Counted from the stretch's first letter, positions 12,290 through 25,299 are shown. The stretch is DNA of 44,671 nucleotides from Dicyema japonicum (GCA_011109175.1 RDEW01000003.1:1825523-1870193), one strand, 5' to 3'. A program made the numbers and translations. The notes: generated by a model from the letters alone, not told the origin.

Positions 12290-12545
12290 TTATATAAAGG
12301 CTGCCCTGACTGCGTGGTTATTCTCTTTCAGGATGGCGAGTGAGATTCGTTCAAATAAGCAGTAGCGATCACGACGATTTCCTTTCGTGCAGAAATTCGA
12401 TTCTCTAGACGACTCAAGAATTCCAGCGTCCCAGGTTCCCACCAGACGTCTAAACAGCGAGTGGAATAAACAAAAAAATCCTTGAGTAGGACCGCATACT
12501 TCGCCCTTTTCAACCTCTCGGCCTTCTCAGCGGGAGAACAGGCCC
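12290..12545 (-). mobile_element. CRE-clade element, 3' end
   Basis: AEKAERLKRAKY..FIPLAV.TSG..ERISLAILKENNHAVRAA. Confidence 0.75.
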
Positions 12546-12999
12546 AGAGGTACTCGGAGTTAAATTTTATTAGTCATTTTAAATCTATGCTTTGACTTGC
12601 CGAGTGACACTGTTATCACTGAACATTTCACTACGGAACCGAATCGTCTATAAAGGACAACAAAAAGAAATGAAGAGCATTTTTTGTTTCTCCCTCTACG
12701 ATTATGATAACTGTTATTTACTCAAATAAAGTGTGTCTCCTGGGAGGATCTATAGCTAACATGGCTCTTCGTAAAGTGCAGTATTACTATTAAATCTCAG
12801 CTTATTACTGTATTTATTTTATTAGCCCAGGATAACTGGGGTAATAGAAAGGAGAAAATTTCCAATTAATTAAGGAAGTCGTCGAGTGCGCTGGTTACGG
12901 TCGTACATTGTAGCCCTCCTCATTGGACAAGGTTTCCGCTCGTAATTTTGCTGTGTTGCATTGTATCTTAAAGTATTTCATGCAGAGGGTTGTCTGGGC

Positions 13000-14770
13000 T
13001 TTTACTGAACTTAGGAGCTTATTAGTGTATATATGATTACTATTATTCTCTTTTTGTGGTTCCGGGTTAATTAAAAGCATATCACCCAATGCGACCACAA
13101 GACTTCATGCAACACCTTTTTGAGCATTCTGGATAGCATAAAAACGCACCTAGTGCGGGTTCCCCCTCCTATACAGAATACAAAAATACTCGTTAATGCC
13201 TCATCAAATTTTATGCATCGATCACATAAAAAATATCCGAAACCATTCAACACTTTACCATTCAGACCAATACCAATTCCTTGGACTGTACTTTTCACTG
13301 CTAAAAAATGTGAAAGACAATTGCTCCATAAAAATACTCCCGTGCCTGTGACCTCTATGGAATACCTTCAAATCACCTGAAACCAGAAAAGATTGATACC
13401 GGCAGATGTATACAATTGATCATTGAATATATTCTCAACAACATCTGTAAGAATTCACCTATTTCCCCTTCTCTAAAACTAAAAAATTATATTGTCAGAT
13501 ATCATTGAAGTGCCTTAGTTCTTAAATGACTCCGTATTGATAGATCTACCATTACGCCCTTGTCTACTTCAATTTATTGTGGACAGCTTTAATGTTCCAA
13601 GGCTCTATACGATTTCCATTATTGTTCAAAAAGCGTTTGAGGACTCACCTTACAAAAAAGATATTTGATACCAATATTCACTCTAATTCGACATCCTCCT
13701 GTCGGACGGCGTTGGAGAGTTTTCATTGAAACAGTAGGTAGAGGTCCCAAAAACATGTGGACGATGTTGTCATCGTCTTTGGAATAGATCCTTCTCAGCC
13801 GACCACCGTATTTCATGCATAACTTAACTTTTTACTCAATTGGCTTTCATGTAATCAACTGTTAGGTGTCAAAATCAAAGCTTATATTCACTCTATTCAC
13901 GTCGGATCGTCACTACAAGGTTTTCCCTGATGTGTGCCTATAACCGCTTTAAAGAATTTTAAAATCTTGGAACGACACACCGATGATCTTCACAAAAACG
14001 CCAACAAATCCTAACGAAAGGGCTTCAAAAATTAAATGTCCTAAAGGCAATTGCTATGAAAAGCTCATAGACAGTAAAAGACTGCATGTGCAAGTTATAC
14101 CGACAAACCATTATGCATACTATATAATAGTGCCTCTTGGAGGTTCTCACTCTCTGACTTGTCGCTAAACAGAATTAACTATTTATCAAAAAGACCCTTC
14201 GCCTTTTACAGCTGGAAGAAGACTACCATCGACTTTCTTCTCTCAGAGTCGTTGATGCAAAAGAATGACGGTTAATATAAATTTTGTGGATCGCTCCTCT
14301 ACTCACAAAAGCCGTTCCTCTACTCACGAGTCGGGATTCAGATTTCTGCGTTTGTGGAAAAGACACCCACTTTGTCTATTTCTATCCCGGTCAAAGGAAA
14401 GTTACTAACAAGTCTTGAAAAATCATACACAACCATATTAATTCCGAATGGAAGAGTGAATAACTCTAGTCATATTATTGTTCTCTTTGAAGAACATATC
14501 CAGGGTACGAACTCGATTAAAATATTGAAAATTACTTTTGACTCCCCCATGGCCTTCGAACAAGGTCTGGACTATGTGTTTCCTTTTTAATAAAGAAAAC
14601 TCAACTTTGTAAAAACATTTTTGGAGAACACTGAAGCTCTTTCAGGACACCAGGTTTCCCATATACCCAGTTTATTGAGTTAACAGTCAGATACGATTCC
14701 ACCTCCTGAGATACTAACAGGCAAAAACGCAACTAAAGAAAAGCAAATCTTACAATCCTCAGTAATCGCG
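13000..14770. mobile_element. Possible highly decayed Gypsy-like LTR retrotransposon pieces
   Basis: Weak traces only: zinc-knuckle-like CVCGKDTH, protease-like ILIPNG..QGLDY and integrase-like LPFRPIPIPW; order and strand are inconsistent. Confidence 0.25.
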
Positions 14771-14789
14771 ATTCCCTTTAATAAACTCT

Positions 14790-14880
14790 TAACCTCTTTA
14801 TGTTATATCCGGGAGTATTAACAATGGGAGACCACAGACGTCAGATGGCTCGTGTGACTAAAGTGTGTTTCCCTCATTAA
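14790..14880 (+). mobile_element. LINE family A, 3' remnant
   Basis: MGDHRRQMARV resembles MEDHRRRMAQV at the end of ORF 38870-39421. Confidence 0.45.
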
Positions 14881-15188
14881 AAAAGACCATAATAACCATT
14901 AAGTAAATTAAACCAATAAATTTATCATTAATGAGTTGAACCCATTTTTGAGTTTAACATTCCACATGTGTCATAATTATATGTGAAAATGCATTATCCA
15001 ATCTTAGACGCGGGTAACAGAACGTTTTTCTATTCATTGGTCCATTAAGTTGTTAGTAATGACGTGATGTCTTCAGAATCCCGAGGATAAATTTCCTCTG
15101 GCATGTAATTCCTATAAAACAGATCCTCTAAATAAATCAAGATTTCCCATTATAAAGTAAAGATAATACAAAACAACAAAAAATAAAA

Positions 15189-15709
15189 TCAAATATCAAC
15201 AGAATTAAGCAACTCACGTGCAATGAATGCATCGTCAACATCGACAACGTCATACTTTCCGCAGACAATGGCCAGTTTAGTGGCTAACCAATGTTTACAC
15301 TATCATTATATATTATTGTCACAGTAAATATTTCATTTTTTTCAATCACTAAAATCAGTAGACTTTATTACCAAAGTGCTGGAATGCTGGACAAGTGCAG
15401 AAGTTGGCGTATTCGAGGCACAGGTAGGGAACTCCTGACATTCCCAAGACCAAAAAATAACAAAGTTATTACTTTAAAGAACGCCCTTCCAGATGGGGAG
15501 ATGTACTTATTGACTCGATTTTTGTCTATAATGTCAAGTGAGTGGACGAGAATGCTCGGGAAGAGAACATCATACCTGCAGTGAGTTATTTATAGTAATA
15601 CAGAAGTAAGTGAGAATCCGGAACTAATTAATTAAATAAAATTACTTTTGTTATTTATTCTATATTCTTCTTCTGTCGATTTAAGTAATTCACACAGGTT
15701 ACTTTCCAT
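15189..15709 (-). CDS. ZSWIM7: ZSWIM7/SWS1 zinc-finger SWIM protein (Shu complex, homologous recombination), about 134 aa, 6 exons
   Basis: Introns 15624-15645, 15576-15601, 15451-15472 (GT-TG), 15349-15371 and 15300-15322 give a 405-nt frame: IPDSHLL..SLDIID..SPSGRAFFKVLG..NFCTCPAF..CKHWLA (SWIM CxC-x15-CxH). Confidence 0.92.
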
Positions 15710-15774
15710 TATGGTTTATAACAACAATTTAAACATTTAAATCAATAATTTTTAGAAAATATTTATTGCAAACA

Positions 15775-16850
15775 TTTATTATTATTATTAGCACTTATCG
15801 CTATGTCATAGGACTTGACAAAGCATGTGCAACACGAGTTAGCAAATCACTGGTTAGTTTCATCCACTTCCTCCTATTCAAAGCCGCAGTGCGCAACCAG
15901 TCAAGATCCTCTCCACTTCCAAGATGCCGCCCCATTTCTCGTCGAGAAAGACTGCCAGTGTCGTGTTTGGGCGACCACGGAAACGGGGTGCCTTCAACAT
16001 GAAGTAATCCTCCATGGCTACGTTCGCGGGGGCATCTAGGTCCAGTTGCAGAATATGGCCGAAAAGCCTCCATCGTGTATCCAGAATCTCATTAGAAATT
16101 TCTGAGGTCTTCGTCCTCTTATAAAGAAGATTAGATGAAATCCTCGTATCACTTTTTTCGAACATAATATGCCGTAGTTGGTATCTATGAAACGCATTAA
16201 GCCTCTTCAGTTCATTTCTTGAGCAGGCCCAGGTACCAGCGTTATACAGTAGTATGGGTTTCACTAGAGAGTTGTATAATCGAGTTTTTGTTATAATGTC
16301 AAGGCCCTTTTTGTGGAGCCAGGTGTTCTTTAATCTGGAGAGGGCAGTTTGTGCTAGGGTTTTCCTTCTTGTAAATTCTTCATGGTCTCCTAGGAGGGAG
16401 CCAAGCCTTTCGCACTTGCGCTAGTGCTTTTCCGTCCTTGTTTCTTTCCTTTTGAGTTCAGTTACCTCAGTCTTGTCCGGATTTACTGTTAGGAACCATT
16501 CGGCTAGTCTTCTAGGTACTTCTTCCATCAAGCAGGTGAGGGGTATTTTGTCGTTTGAAATAAAGTCTCGTCGTCAGCATACGCAATAATGTTTGTCTTT
16601 TCACCCATTATCGGTTTTGACTCCCGTAAAGCAGCTTCAAGGTATATGACAAAAAGGATAGGTGATAATGGGTCTCCCTGTGGAGTGCAAACAGTCGTCT
16701 CAAATTGGCGAGAAAAGACTCCCCCGACTCTTACAGTGAGCCAAGTATCAGCTAGGAGGGTAATAATATTAATAGATCACCCTCCGGAGCTGCCGAGGTG
16801 ATCCAATCACACCTTAACCTGGTGTATGACTGATTATCCCTGTTATTTGT
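15775..16850 (-). mobile_element. RTE-like LINE, 3' half with (TAA)n tail
   Basis: PQGDPLSPILFVIYLEAA, YADD, KPILLYNAGTW, RWRLFGHILQL and PRFRGRP. Confidence 0.85.
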
Positions 16851-17904
16851 ATCGGCATTTAAATCCCAGTTCACCCTTTTTAGTGCAGATATAAGACAAA
16901 AGGTGAGTTATTTTTCTGAAATTTCTGCATTCCTTTCATGAAATGTCAGATCATTGTGTCACCTTTGACACGTTAATGACGTTTACATGTCATGCTGATG
17001 GAGTCATAACTAGAAGGCTTCAAAAGTGGAATGCTTAAGACTAATTTACAAAAGAACCCCGTTCCTCCTAAGACATATATCAGCACATTTTATCACTAGC
17101 TCTGACCACTGAATACGCTTGTTTCACATGTAAATTTCGAAAATAGAATAAATCAACTCAATCCAGAAAATCATGTCTTCCATTCAAATGAAATAAAATG
17201 GATTGTTACTCTTTTTTCTGAGGATTAGACCATAAGCAATGAGCAAAAGTTATCTAAGCGGAGTAAAAAATACCTGGATCAAGTTCCTTTGTAGAAATTG
17301 GAAGAGACACTTCCGGAAAAACTGTGGAATCGTTGGCAGACAACTCTCCGAGAGTTCCGGAATTAAAATAAACTGGGGTCACTTATTTTACTGGCTTTGA
17401 CATTTTAGCATAACTGTTTTTTAATCTAAAAATAATGTTTTTTGTACGTGCGAAATATAAGCATCAACCGTTTCGTAAAAGTGTTACTATAAAGCATTCT
17501 CGTTATTTCATTGTCATGACAACACGTGCACAACCCGAGAAACAAATAACCAAGTTATCTTTTTCCACGTGCCAATGTCACACGCAAGGTCATGTAGTCC
17601 ATTAAAATCCTACATTCTTTGAAGTGTCTCTCAATATTTTAGAGATCACCGTCGAGGACCATTGAGACAGTGGTCATCAAAGAATCGAGGAGCGTCAGAG
17701 GCGAAAAAGTCTTCCAACGCCATGTTAGCTGAGGCCTTCAGGGTCATTTTCAATACGTGCCTAAAAGTCTTGGTTCTGAACACTCAATCTTATTATTTCA
17801 TACAAAAGTAAGATGGTTTTCGTAAGGTAGATTACTAACATCATTATTTGACCCTTATAGAAACGGAAGACTAGCACCGTACGGCTTGCATTCTGGCAGC
17901 CTCT

Positions 17905-18105
17905 TCCCATCACAGAGGTGCTTGGCTGAACGCGTTCCCATCATCGTTAATTGGTTCCCTTATGGAACAGGACACCCTCAGGAATGGGATATATATCCGT
18001 CTTGGGATCGATCTCGACCATGATCTTCTGTTGCGCGCTAGTTCTCTAAGTCTTCCGCCGAAGTTAGTCTCATACCAACTGGCCGATAGGTCTTCATTCA
18101 AGATT
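17905..18105 (-). mobile_element. RTE-like LINE, 3' end
   Basis: LRELARNRRSWSR; DNA similar to 2045-2075. Confidence 0.6.
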
Positions 18106-18109
18106 TTAC

Positions 18110-18700
18110 AAATGATCGATTAAAATTTAAACACAACTTTCGAAATTTATTTTCCAAGTCTTAATCCAGTTCATGAATGGATCATAAATTCTGAGTGTCT
18201 GGCGGACTGGCAATGAAATTGACACTTCACATCCTTTACGAATCCCAACTTCGAGTTGAATTGAATCAGTTTGGAGCTTAGAGTTTTGTACGCTGCTCTC
18301 GCAAAAATCTTGGACGTCAGGCGTCTGAGTACATAGCGATGGATCTTAATCCATCATGAGGCATTCTGAAAGCAATTAATTTTAACAAGAGTTTTCTGAC
18401 ATAATCGGAAAGCTCTGACCGTAGAATGTGATCACTATAAGGCACCATTGAATTGATCATGTAGTTCTCCATATCAGCGGTAGTAACATAATATAGCTTG
18501 AACGTAGACCGTCTGTCCGGGAATGATGAAATAAAAAATTTTATATCACCTGTAGTGGTTATCAAATTTGGAATGTCCTTCCCAATTTTAGTCTCACGTA
18601 GATCTATTGGGGCAAATGGGTGTTTTTGAAAATCTATTCGAGGATTTCTTATGGTAAAAGTACCTTGTCGTTTCTTGTCGCAAAGATCCCCGAATGTATC
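18110..18700 (-). mobile_element. CRE-clade RT N-terminal fragment
   Basis: ISSFP, DGLRSIA, RRLTSK and QLEVGIRKGCE. Confidence 0.7.
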
Positions 18701-18709
18701 CGACTTTTT

Positions 18710-21700
18710 ATTTATTTATTTAGAACCAAAAATCACCAACAAAACAAAGGAGAGTAGAAGCCTTCAGGTGATCCTGGCCTCCTTGACCAGCCGCCTCATC
18801 TTTTTTCGGCGTTCCTTCCGAGTGCCGACACACTTCCGGTGTGGTCGAGTGACTTTTTGAAGGATTAGAGGTTTTGGCAGAGCTCCCGTATTCCTCACGA
18901 GTTCCTCGAACAAAGTTGGTTTTAACATCGAGGGGGAAGATCTTTGTAGGGTCTTTGTTACTGTCTCTTGGAGGGAATTTATTTTCTTTAGGTTGGAGTG
19001 GGATATACTAGTATCCCATGCCGCGCAGCAGTAACTGATTGACGGAAGTATATATTGGTAGTAGAGATGATCTACTGTTGGGTGGAACCATCTCTTGTAG
19101 CATCCAATTAGCGTTTTTACAAAGTTTAATTTTCCTTGAGAAGAGGAGATTATGTTGCTCACATTTGCTGAAGGTCATTAGTGGGTCATATGTGACCCCC
19201 AATATTTCGATTGATTTTGTGGAGGGGATTGTTATCCCATTAAGGGTCAATGAAGGCTCCGTGTTAGTCAATCTTCTATTGAAAGTAAAGATCACAGAGC
19301 ACGACTGTAATAACTTGTGTGTAGTTGGTTCTTCGTAAGCCAACAGTTCAGGTTATCCAGTGAATCTTGTAAGCTGGTACCCGCTGTGTGGATGCACTGG
19401 TCTTTTGTTCTTATGATTAAGTCGTCGGCGTGAGCAAGAAATAAGGTAATAGGGTAACGTCTCAGCTTTAGGAAGGTCGAGGAAAATGGGAGAGAGGGGG
19501 ATCCTTGCGGGCCCCAGTTCGGCAGAAATTTAGTGACTAAAGATGTGGAATGGGAAATTACTTTTCCTCTTAGTCCGTTGAGAAAAATTTTCAGGTTGTT
19601 GGAATGTTGTAGCCATAAATTTTCCTAGTGAGCAGTTTCCTCGGTATCGAGTCAAATACCTTCTGTATGTCAACGGAACACATAATAGTCTTTTGATTCC
19701 GAGGTTTGATGGGTCGAATGGTCTTTTGATTCCGAGGCCGTCCAGGTTTTAAGATGGGTCGAATATGGGATTATTTCCATAGAGTAGGAAATGAGTTCCT
19801 ACTGATGAAAAGGTTGTAAATTCTAATCAAGACCAAGATGGTGTAGGTGGTGTATCTTCTTAAGTACAATAGAGGGAATTCCATCTGGATCACTTGCGTA
19901 AAACGATTTCTGGTTTGAATTAGCCTTCCGCACGACGTCCATTGAAAGGTTGTTCGAGGTTGCCTCGCGTTTTGGTTTTATTGAAGATGTGGGAGGACTT
20001 TCAATTTTCTAACGTGGGATGATGCTCACGGAAGTGTAAACTTTTATAATCTTGTTTAAAAAGTTCTTGTTCTTTAGGTCTTCGCAAAGAGGCGGTCTCA
20101 AAAAATTGGTAAAGCCCCTAAGAGTATTCCACATCCTCATGAGGGAGGACTGTTTGTTAAAAGTGTACATAATGTTATTCCAGTCTCTTTGCTGTTTCAT
20201 CTTAGCCTTTTATCGGATCTCTCTCCAAGGCTCTTATCCTCGCTCTGGTTTCCTAAAATTGTTTCTGTAGGCTTTTTAGGAAATTTCTTTCCTACGTGAG
20301 TCGGATGCACGGGAAGGCTTCTTCGTGAATTGGATTGACTTTCTTTTGATAAAAGTCCTCANGGTCTTCGCAAAGAGGCGGTCTCAAAAAATTGGTAAAG
20401 CCCCTAAGAGTATTCCACATCCTCATGAGGGAGGACTGTTTGTTAAAAGTGTACATAAGGTTATTCCAGTCTCTTTGCTGTTTCATCTTAGCCTTTTATC
20501 GGATCTCTCTCCAAGGCTCTTATCCTCGCTCTGGTTCCCTAAAATTGTTTCTGTAGGCTTTTTAGGAAATTTCTTTCCTACGTGAGTCGGATGCACGGGA
20601 AGGCTTCTTCGTGAATTGGATTGACTTTCTTTTGATAAAAGTCCTCATTCCCTCACGAGTACACCATTGAAGTAGAGTAAAGCGTAATCGCGAGAGCTGA
20701 TGTTGTTAAAATCAAAACCATACAAGTTATAGTCGACGAAGTGTGAGAACAAGCTCCAGTCGACATTTTTGTAGTCTGACCATAACAATATTTTTTTAAT
20801 GGACAATCTTCCTTTGAACGTAAAGATGGGGTTTTGGTCACTGGTAGTGTCGTATGATACTAATTAATTGATTAAAACGGTAAATTTTGAGGAATCAAGA
20901 GTCAGGTCGAAAGAGGACGTTCTGTCGTTTGCTCTGTAAGGGGTTCATGTATTGAATATGGAATTGTTTAATATTACAAGTTGATTCAGCGTCGATAGTA
21001 AGTGGGTTCCTCTGGCGTCTTCTGGTTGGTTTTTAAACCACATCAGATGTGTCGCGTTCAGGTTTCCACATAATTTGTCCCGTGGTGGCTACGCGTCCCA
21101 TGCTGGTTACTTTATCTCTTTATAATGGGCTTTGTCAAAAATATTATAGAAAACCAATCCATAGTGAAGTAACTCTAATTTATTCAGAGAGGCTAGATAC
21201 GTTCTACAGAAGCCAACAGCGCATACTGACTGGAATCTTCTTGCCGAGAAAAATCTCAAAAGAGATACTATATGCTCTATGCAAATCTACACCAATTAGT
21301 ATGGACGTTATTCTATCAAGTGGCAACTAGTTGGACTTATTAAAATTCTCATTTTCTTCAGAGCAGAAGTTACTTTATTTTCAATATCTCAGTAAAGGAG
21401 AGTCCCTAATCAAAGGTGACTCTCAGAATCTTCGATATTGTGTTAATAGGAATAGCCTAGTTATTCATAAGGGTTTTTGGTTCATAGAGATGTCTTTTGT
21501 AAGTGGTAAACAGCGTGACAGAGGACTTGATGTGTCGAGCCTACGTTTCGAGAGCCATAGTTCCAGCTTATCAAACATTTGTTGAGGGGACTCAATTGCT
21601 GATTGAATACTTCTGTCCTTGGAGACAAGAATGATATCGTCGGGATAGTAGAGGATTAGGTAGTTTTCATTACAGGTTTGTGGCATGTCATTTATGTAGA

Positions 21701-22030
21701 GATTGAAGAGTTGGGGTGATAGTGGGGAGCCTGGAGGGATGAGATCTTGTTTTGATATTGTTGCATAGTAATTGTTCTCGTCTTCCATTTATGAAGTTTC
21801 CAAGCCAAAGTTTCAAATTCGTGTGGATGTTGGTTTCAAATATCTTGTTTTTAAGGAGTTTCCTGTTTTTGTGATCTCCACGGATTTAAGTACTATCAAT
21901 GATAATAAATTTCTCGGATTTTTAATTAATTTGTATTTTGTCTCTCTTGTAGAAAGAAAGGAATCCTGCGATTGTGGTCATGTTTGTTTTCTTAGTTTTA
22001 AAGACCCACAGGACTTTTAGAGAAAAATGA
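18710..22030 (-). mobile_element. Cluster of nested LINE family A fragments; includes a 285-bp duplication at an N join
   Basis: GSPLSP, YPDDII, ILGVTYDPLMTF, SYCCAAW, RRLVKEARIT* and a (TAAA)n tail at 18710. Confidence 0.8.
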
Positions 22031-22330
22031 TTGACTTTTATTCCAAACCAATACATTCACTTTTATGAGAAAATGAAACAAGTCCTCTCCCAAGTTTGGT
22101 ACTATTAATATATTTGTTAGCATGCTTTAAATGTACTTAATACTCTGTTAAATACTATTTCAACATAAATAGACTTAACTCTAGAAGGACAAGGCATGCT
22201 CGTTGATTGCGTTAAATAGATTTGCAGCATTGAGGTTACCAATCTCATGATCCTATTCACGTTTTCCGCCAAGAAATAAAGGAAATTTGACTATATGAAA
22301 TTAAAAAGATAAACCAATTTTTAAAAATAA

Positions 22331-24390
22331 TTAAAATTTAAAGATTCTTTTCAAGAATGGATCATTAATGGATCTAATTAAAATAATTAGCATTCCTTGG
22401 AAAGTATTGAGAATACAAAATAGATAAACGAATACAAGGCTGTTTTTAAATAAAGTTAAAAATCCGAAAATCCACGTAAAACCTAGAATACGATAGAATA
22501 TTTACCGAATGAGAAAAACAAAGAGAATAATAAAATAGTTTTCATTTTTGTTTTATTTAATGATTTTCTTTGAAAACTAAATAAAATTTTGATGAAAACA
22601 AATGTGTCAATCAAAATCACAAAAATTATAGGAAAATAAACAGAAATATATAATTCAGTGTCTTGTAACCAGCACCTAAAAGTGATAGAAAAACAAACAT
22701 TCCTGATTTTAAATGATAGGGCTTACTATTAATGCAAAAAGCAGAAATAATGAAGATAAATGGACATACTAAAGTTAAATACAAGGTCTATACGCCATGC
22801 TGAGATTGGAGCGATTTTTTCTAACAAATACATCTTAACTCCGAGGACTTTGACAATGATTGCATAATGATAAATGGCTGTGACACAAAACCAACAAAAG
22901 GAAGAAAGCAGAAAATAGTGAAGGATTATTCCACTTGCTATACAAGTCGTTAAGTTATCGAATTTTGATGATGCAAAAATGAAGGAAAAGTTTAGCATAT
23001 AAAGAGATATACACAACTGTAGGAAATGCATTTGAGTAATCGATTTTCTTGTTTTACTAAATTTTATGATTAAATAAAAAACCTCCAAAATATAAATATC
23101 AAACCAATTACCAAATATTCGAAAACTGCTGAAACCAAAAGTCCTATTTTAGATATCATTGATAACGTATATATTTGATCTTTGTCTATATGTTTATTAA
23201 TATCGGGATTCTTTAAGTAAATATAAGTAATACTATTAAAATTGCAAACAATGACATGTGATTACATTCACAGTGAATAGTTGAACCATCAATCCTTGTT
23301 TTACACCCAAATGTCGACCAGTCGTTTTTTTCTGCATCAAAGTAAACGCATGACAACGTATGGCTTGTTTCCGCTTTAGTGCTAAATGCAAAATAGGCTG
23401 ATTCTCTCTGGTTTTGTGAATTTATTAATGTTGAATATATTAAATTTTCATAAATTTTGTTTTTTTGTTTTTTTGTATTTTTTGTATTTTTTCCGGATAT
23501 AATTGATAACTTTAAATTTGTATCACCTGTATTAATATATAAATTTAAACCTTTAATATTTTTTATATGGACTGTAATTGTTTTTTTTCCAATGTTAAAT
23601 TCACGATTGACACTTTTACTGGTGATTCTGGCAAAATAAGAATCAATAGAATTTTCAGAATAACAACTATCATCGTTTTTGCATGATTCCAATTTTTCAT
23701 TTAAATTGGAAATTGTCACATATTTCTAAATTCATTAAATAATAATAATATAATTCAAATAGGGTACTTACTACGAATCCAAAACTTCCTGGAGTTTTAC
23801 AAGTACATATAGTTTGAATATTTGTAACTTTTTTGCTACAGTGTTTTAGACTATTTGATCCGTCAATTAAAAACTTTACGCAGAACCATTTTTTATAATC
23901 ATTGTCTTTTATTTTGAAATCAATTTTATCTGCTTCTGTGTTGGGGTATTGTATTATTAGACTATAATAATTGTTAAATTCCTGATCATTCGATGAAAAA
24001 TAACCGATACATTTGTTTAAATCTTGGTAATAGCATTCAAATTATACCATTAAGGCTATTTTTTCCGGTTATATTTATTTCTGAATATTGGGTTTGTTGA
24101 GTTCCATTATATATTTGTAAGCTTTCAGACTTATAGTATATTTTTCGTTTCTGATCACGCCATCCATTGCATTTTTTTGTTTCCTCGTAGCTTTCTTGTA
24201 TTTTTTCTCCTAAATTATGAATTAGTTTTTGTGACTAAGATTTTAAACTATAAATACATCAACTACTAAAATGTGCTTATTAAAACCTAAATATTATAAA
24301 ACGATTACCTAAAGTAATAAATAGAAATTCTAAAATTTAACAAAATTCAGAACCTAAAACTCGCATTTTCAAATCAGATTTTTTCGCCAT
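22331..24390 (-). CDS. Adhesion GPCR (7tm_2) with two tandem GPS motifs, about 590-600 aa
   Basis: Ten GT-AG introns (24, 22, 23, 25, 46, 23, 26, 25, 23, 23 nt) leave an 1800-nt open frame; an 11th stopless 24-nt intron is likely at 23527-23550. GPS CVYFD..WSTFGC..CECNHMSLFAIL; TM motifs HYFLLSSFCW, CWL, GFTWIFG, LNTFQG. Confidence 0.92.
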
Positions 24391-24804
24391 TTATAATAAT
24401 TTTTTACTTGATTTACTATTTATTCAAATTTTTCCACATGATTTATATTTTCGAATTTTAAAAATTAATTATAATAAAGTTACAGCCAAAAATCTTACCT
24501 GTTTTTGAATATATAAAACACATATTCTTCAAGGATCATTATAATCCCTTACTAGTATGGTGTTTATGGTTCACCAACCCTGTAAGTTCTGGAGTCGCTC
24601 ATAAAGCACCTTAATGTATATTAAAAAGGAAAAATCTCTATTCCACCCCCAATATAATCCCCCTCCATAGCAAACTGTTCAGACCTTGACTTTTCCAAAA
24701 TATTGCTCTTAAATAGTTAGTTTTATATTACTGAAGTCTCTTAATTTTGTCATTTAAATTTTTTAAGGTATAATTCTTCCATATTTTCTACCGTACTTGA
24801 TTCG

Positions 24805-24905
24805 AATTCAACTTTGGATATTCAAAAAAAGATTGGGAGACAACTCAGAGAAGGAGAAGATCTGGATGGACTACGGGAGCTTGCTTATAACAGTGGCGAG
24901 TGGAG
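24805..24905 (+). mobile_element. RTE-like LINE, 3' remnant
   Basis: DLDGLRELAYNSGEWRK. Confidence 0.6.
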
Positions 24906-25299
24906 AAAGATGCGTTTGTTGTTAGTTTTTCAGGTTCATTACCGTAACAGATCGAGATCGCTTAATAATAACTGTATTATTTGTATTACATCAGTCATGA
25001 CATAAAGTACATTAGAAATACGTCATAAGCTCAGCCTTCCAACCAATTATCTAAAAACACCATTAGGTTTAATTTTTTATATTTTGATGAGTTTTTAATT
25101 TGAAATCCAATTTAAAGCTTATTTGAGTAGATTTGATGCTAAATTTAATTATTGTTAAGATGATTTAACAGAGTTGCTATGGCAGTTAATCGAATAAAGA
25201 CTATTTGGATGGAATCTAAATTTGAATATTTGTTGCATTCAACACTTCTTTCCTTTTCAATATTTTCGGTTTAGAAGAAAGATGTCATCTGTAAAGAGG

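Noticed and set aside
16860-17420. Possible cadherin-like remnant on the minus strand
   Set aside because: Only vague motif echoes with many stops, and no consistent gene model
20077-20647. 285-bp tandem duplication
   Set aside because: Same single-N junction (20362) with few differences; likely an assembly artefact
24480-24800. Intron-like GT-AG segments upstream of the adhesion GPCR
   Set aside because: I could not assemble an open, recognisable protein
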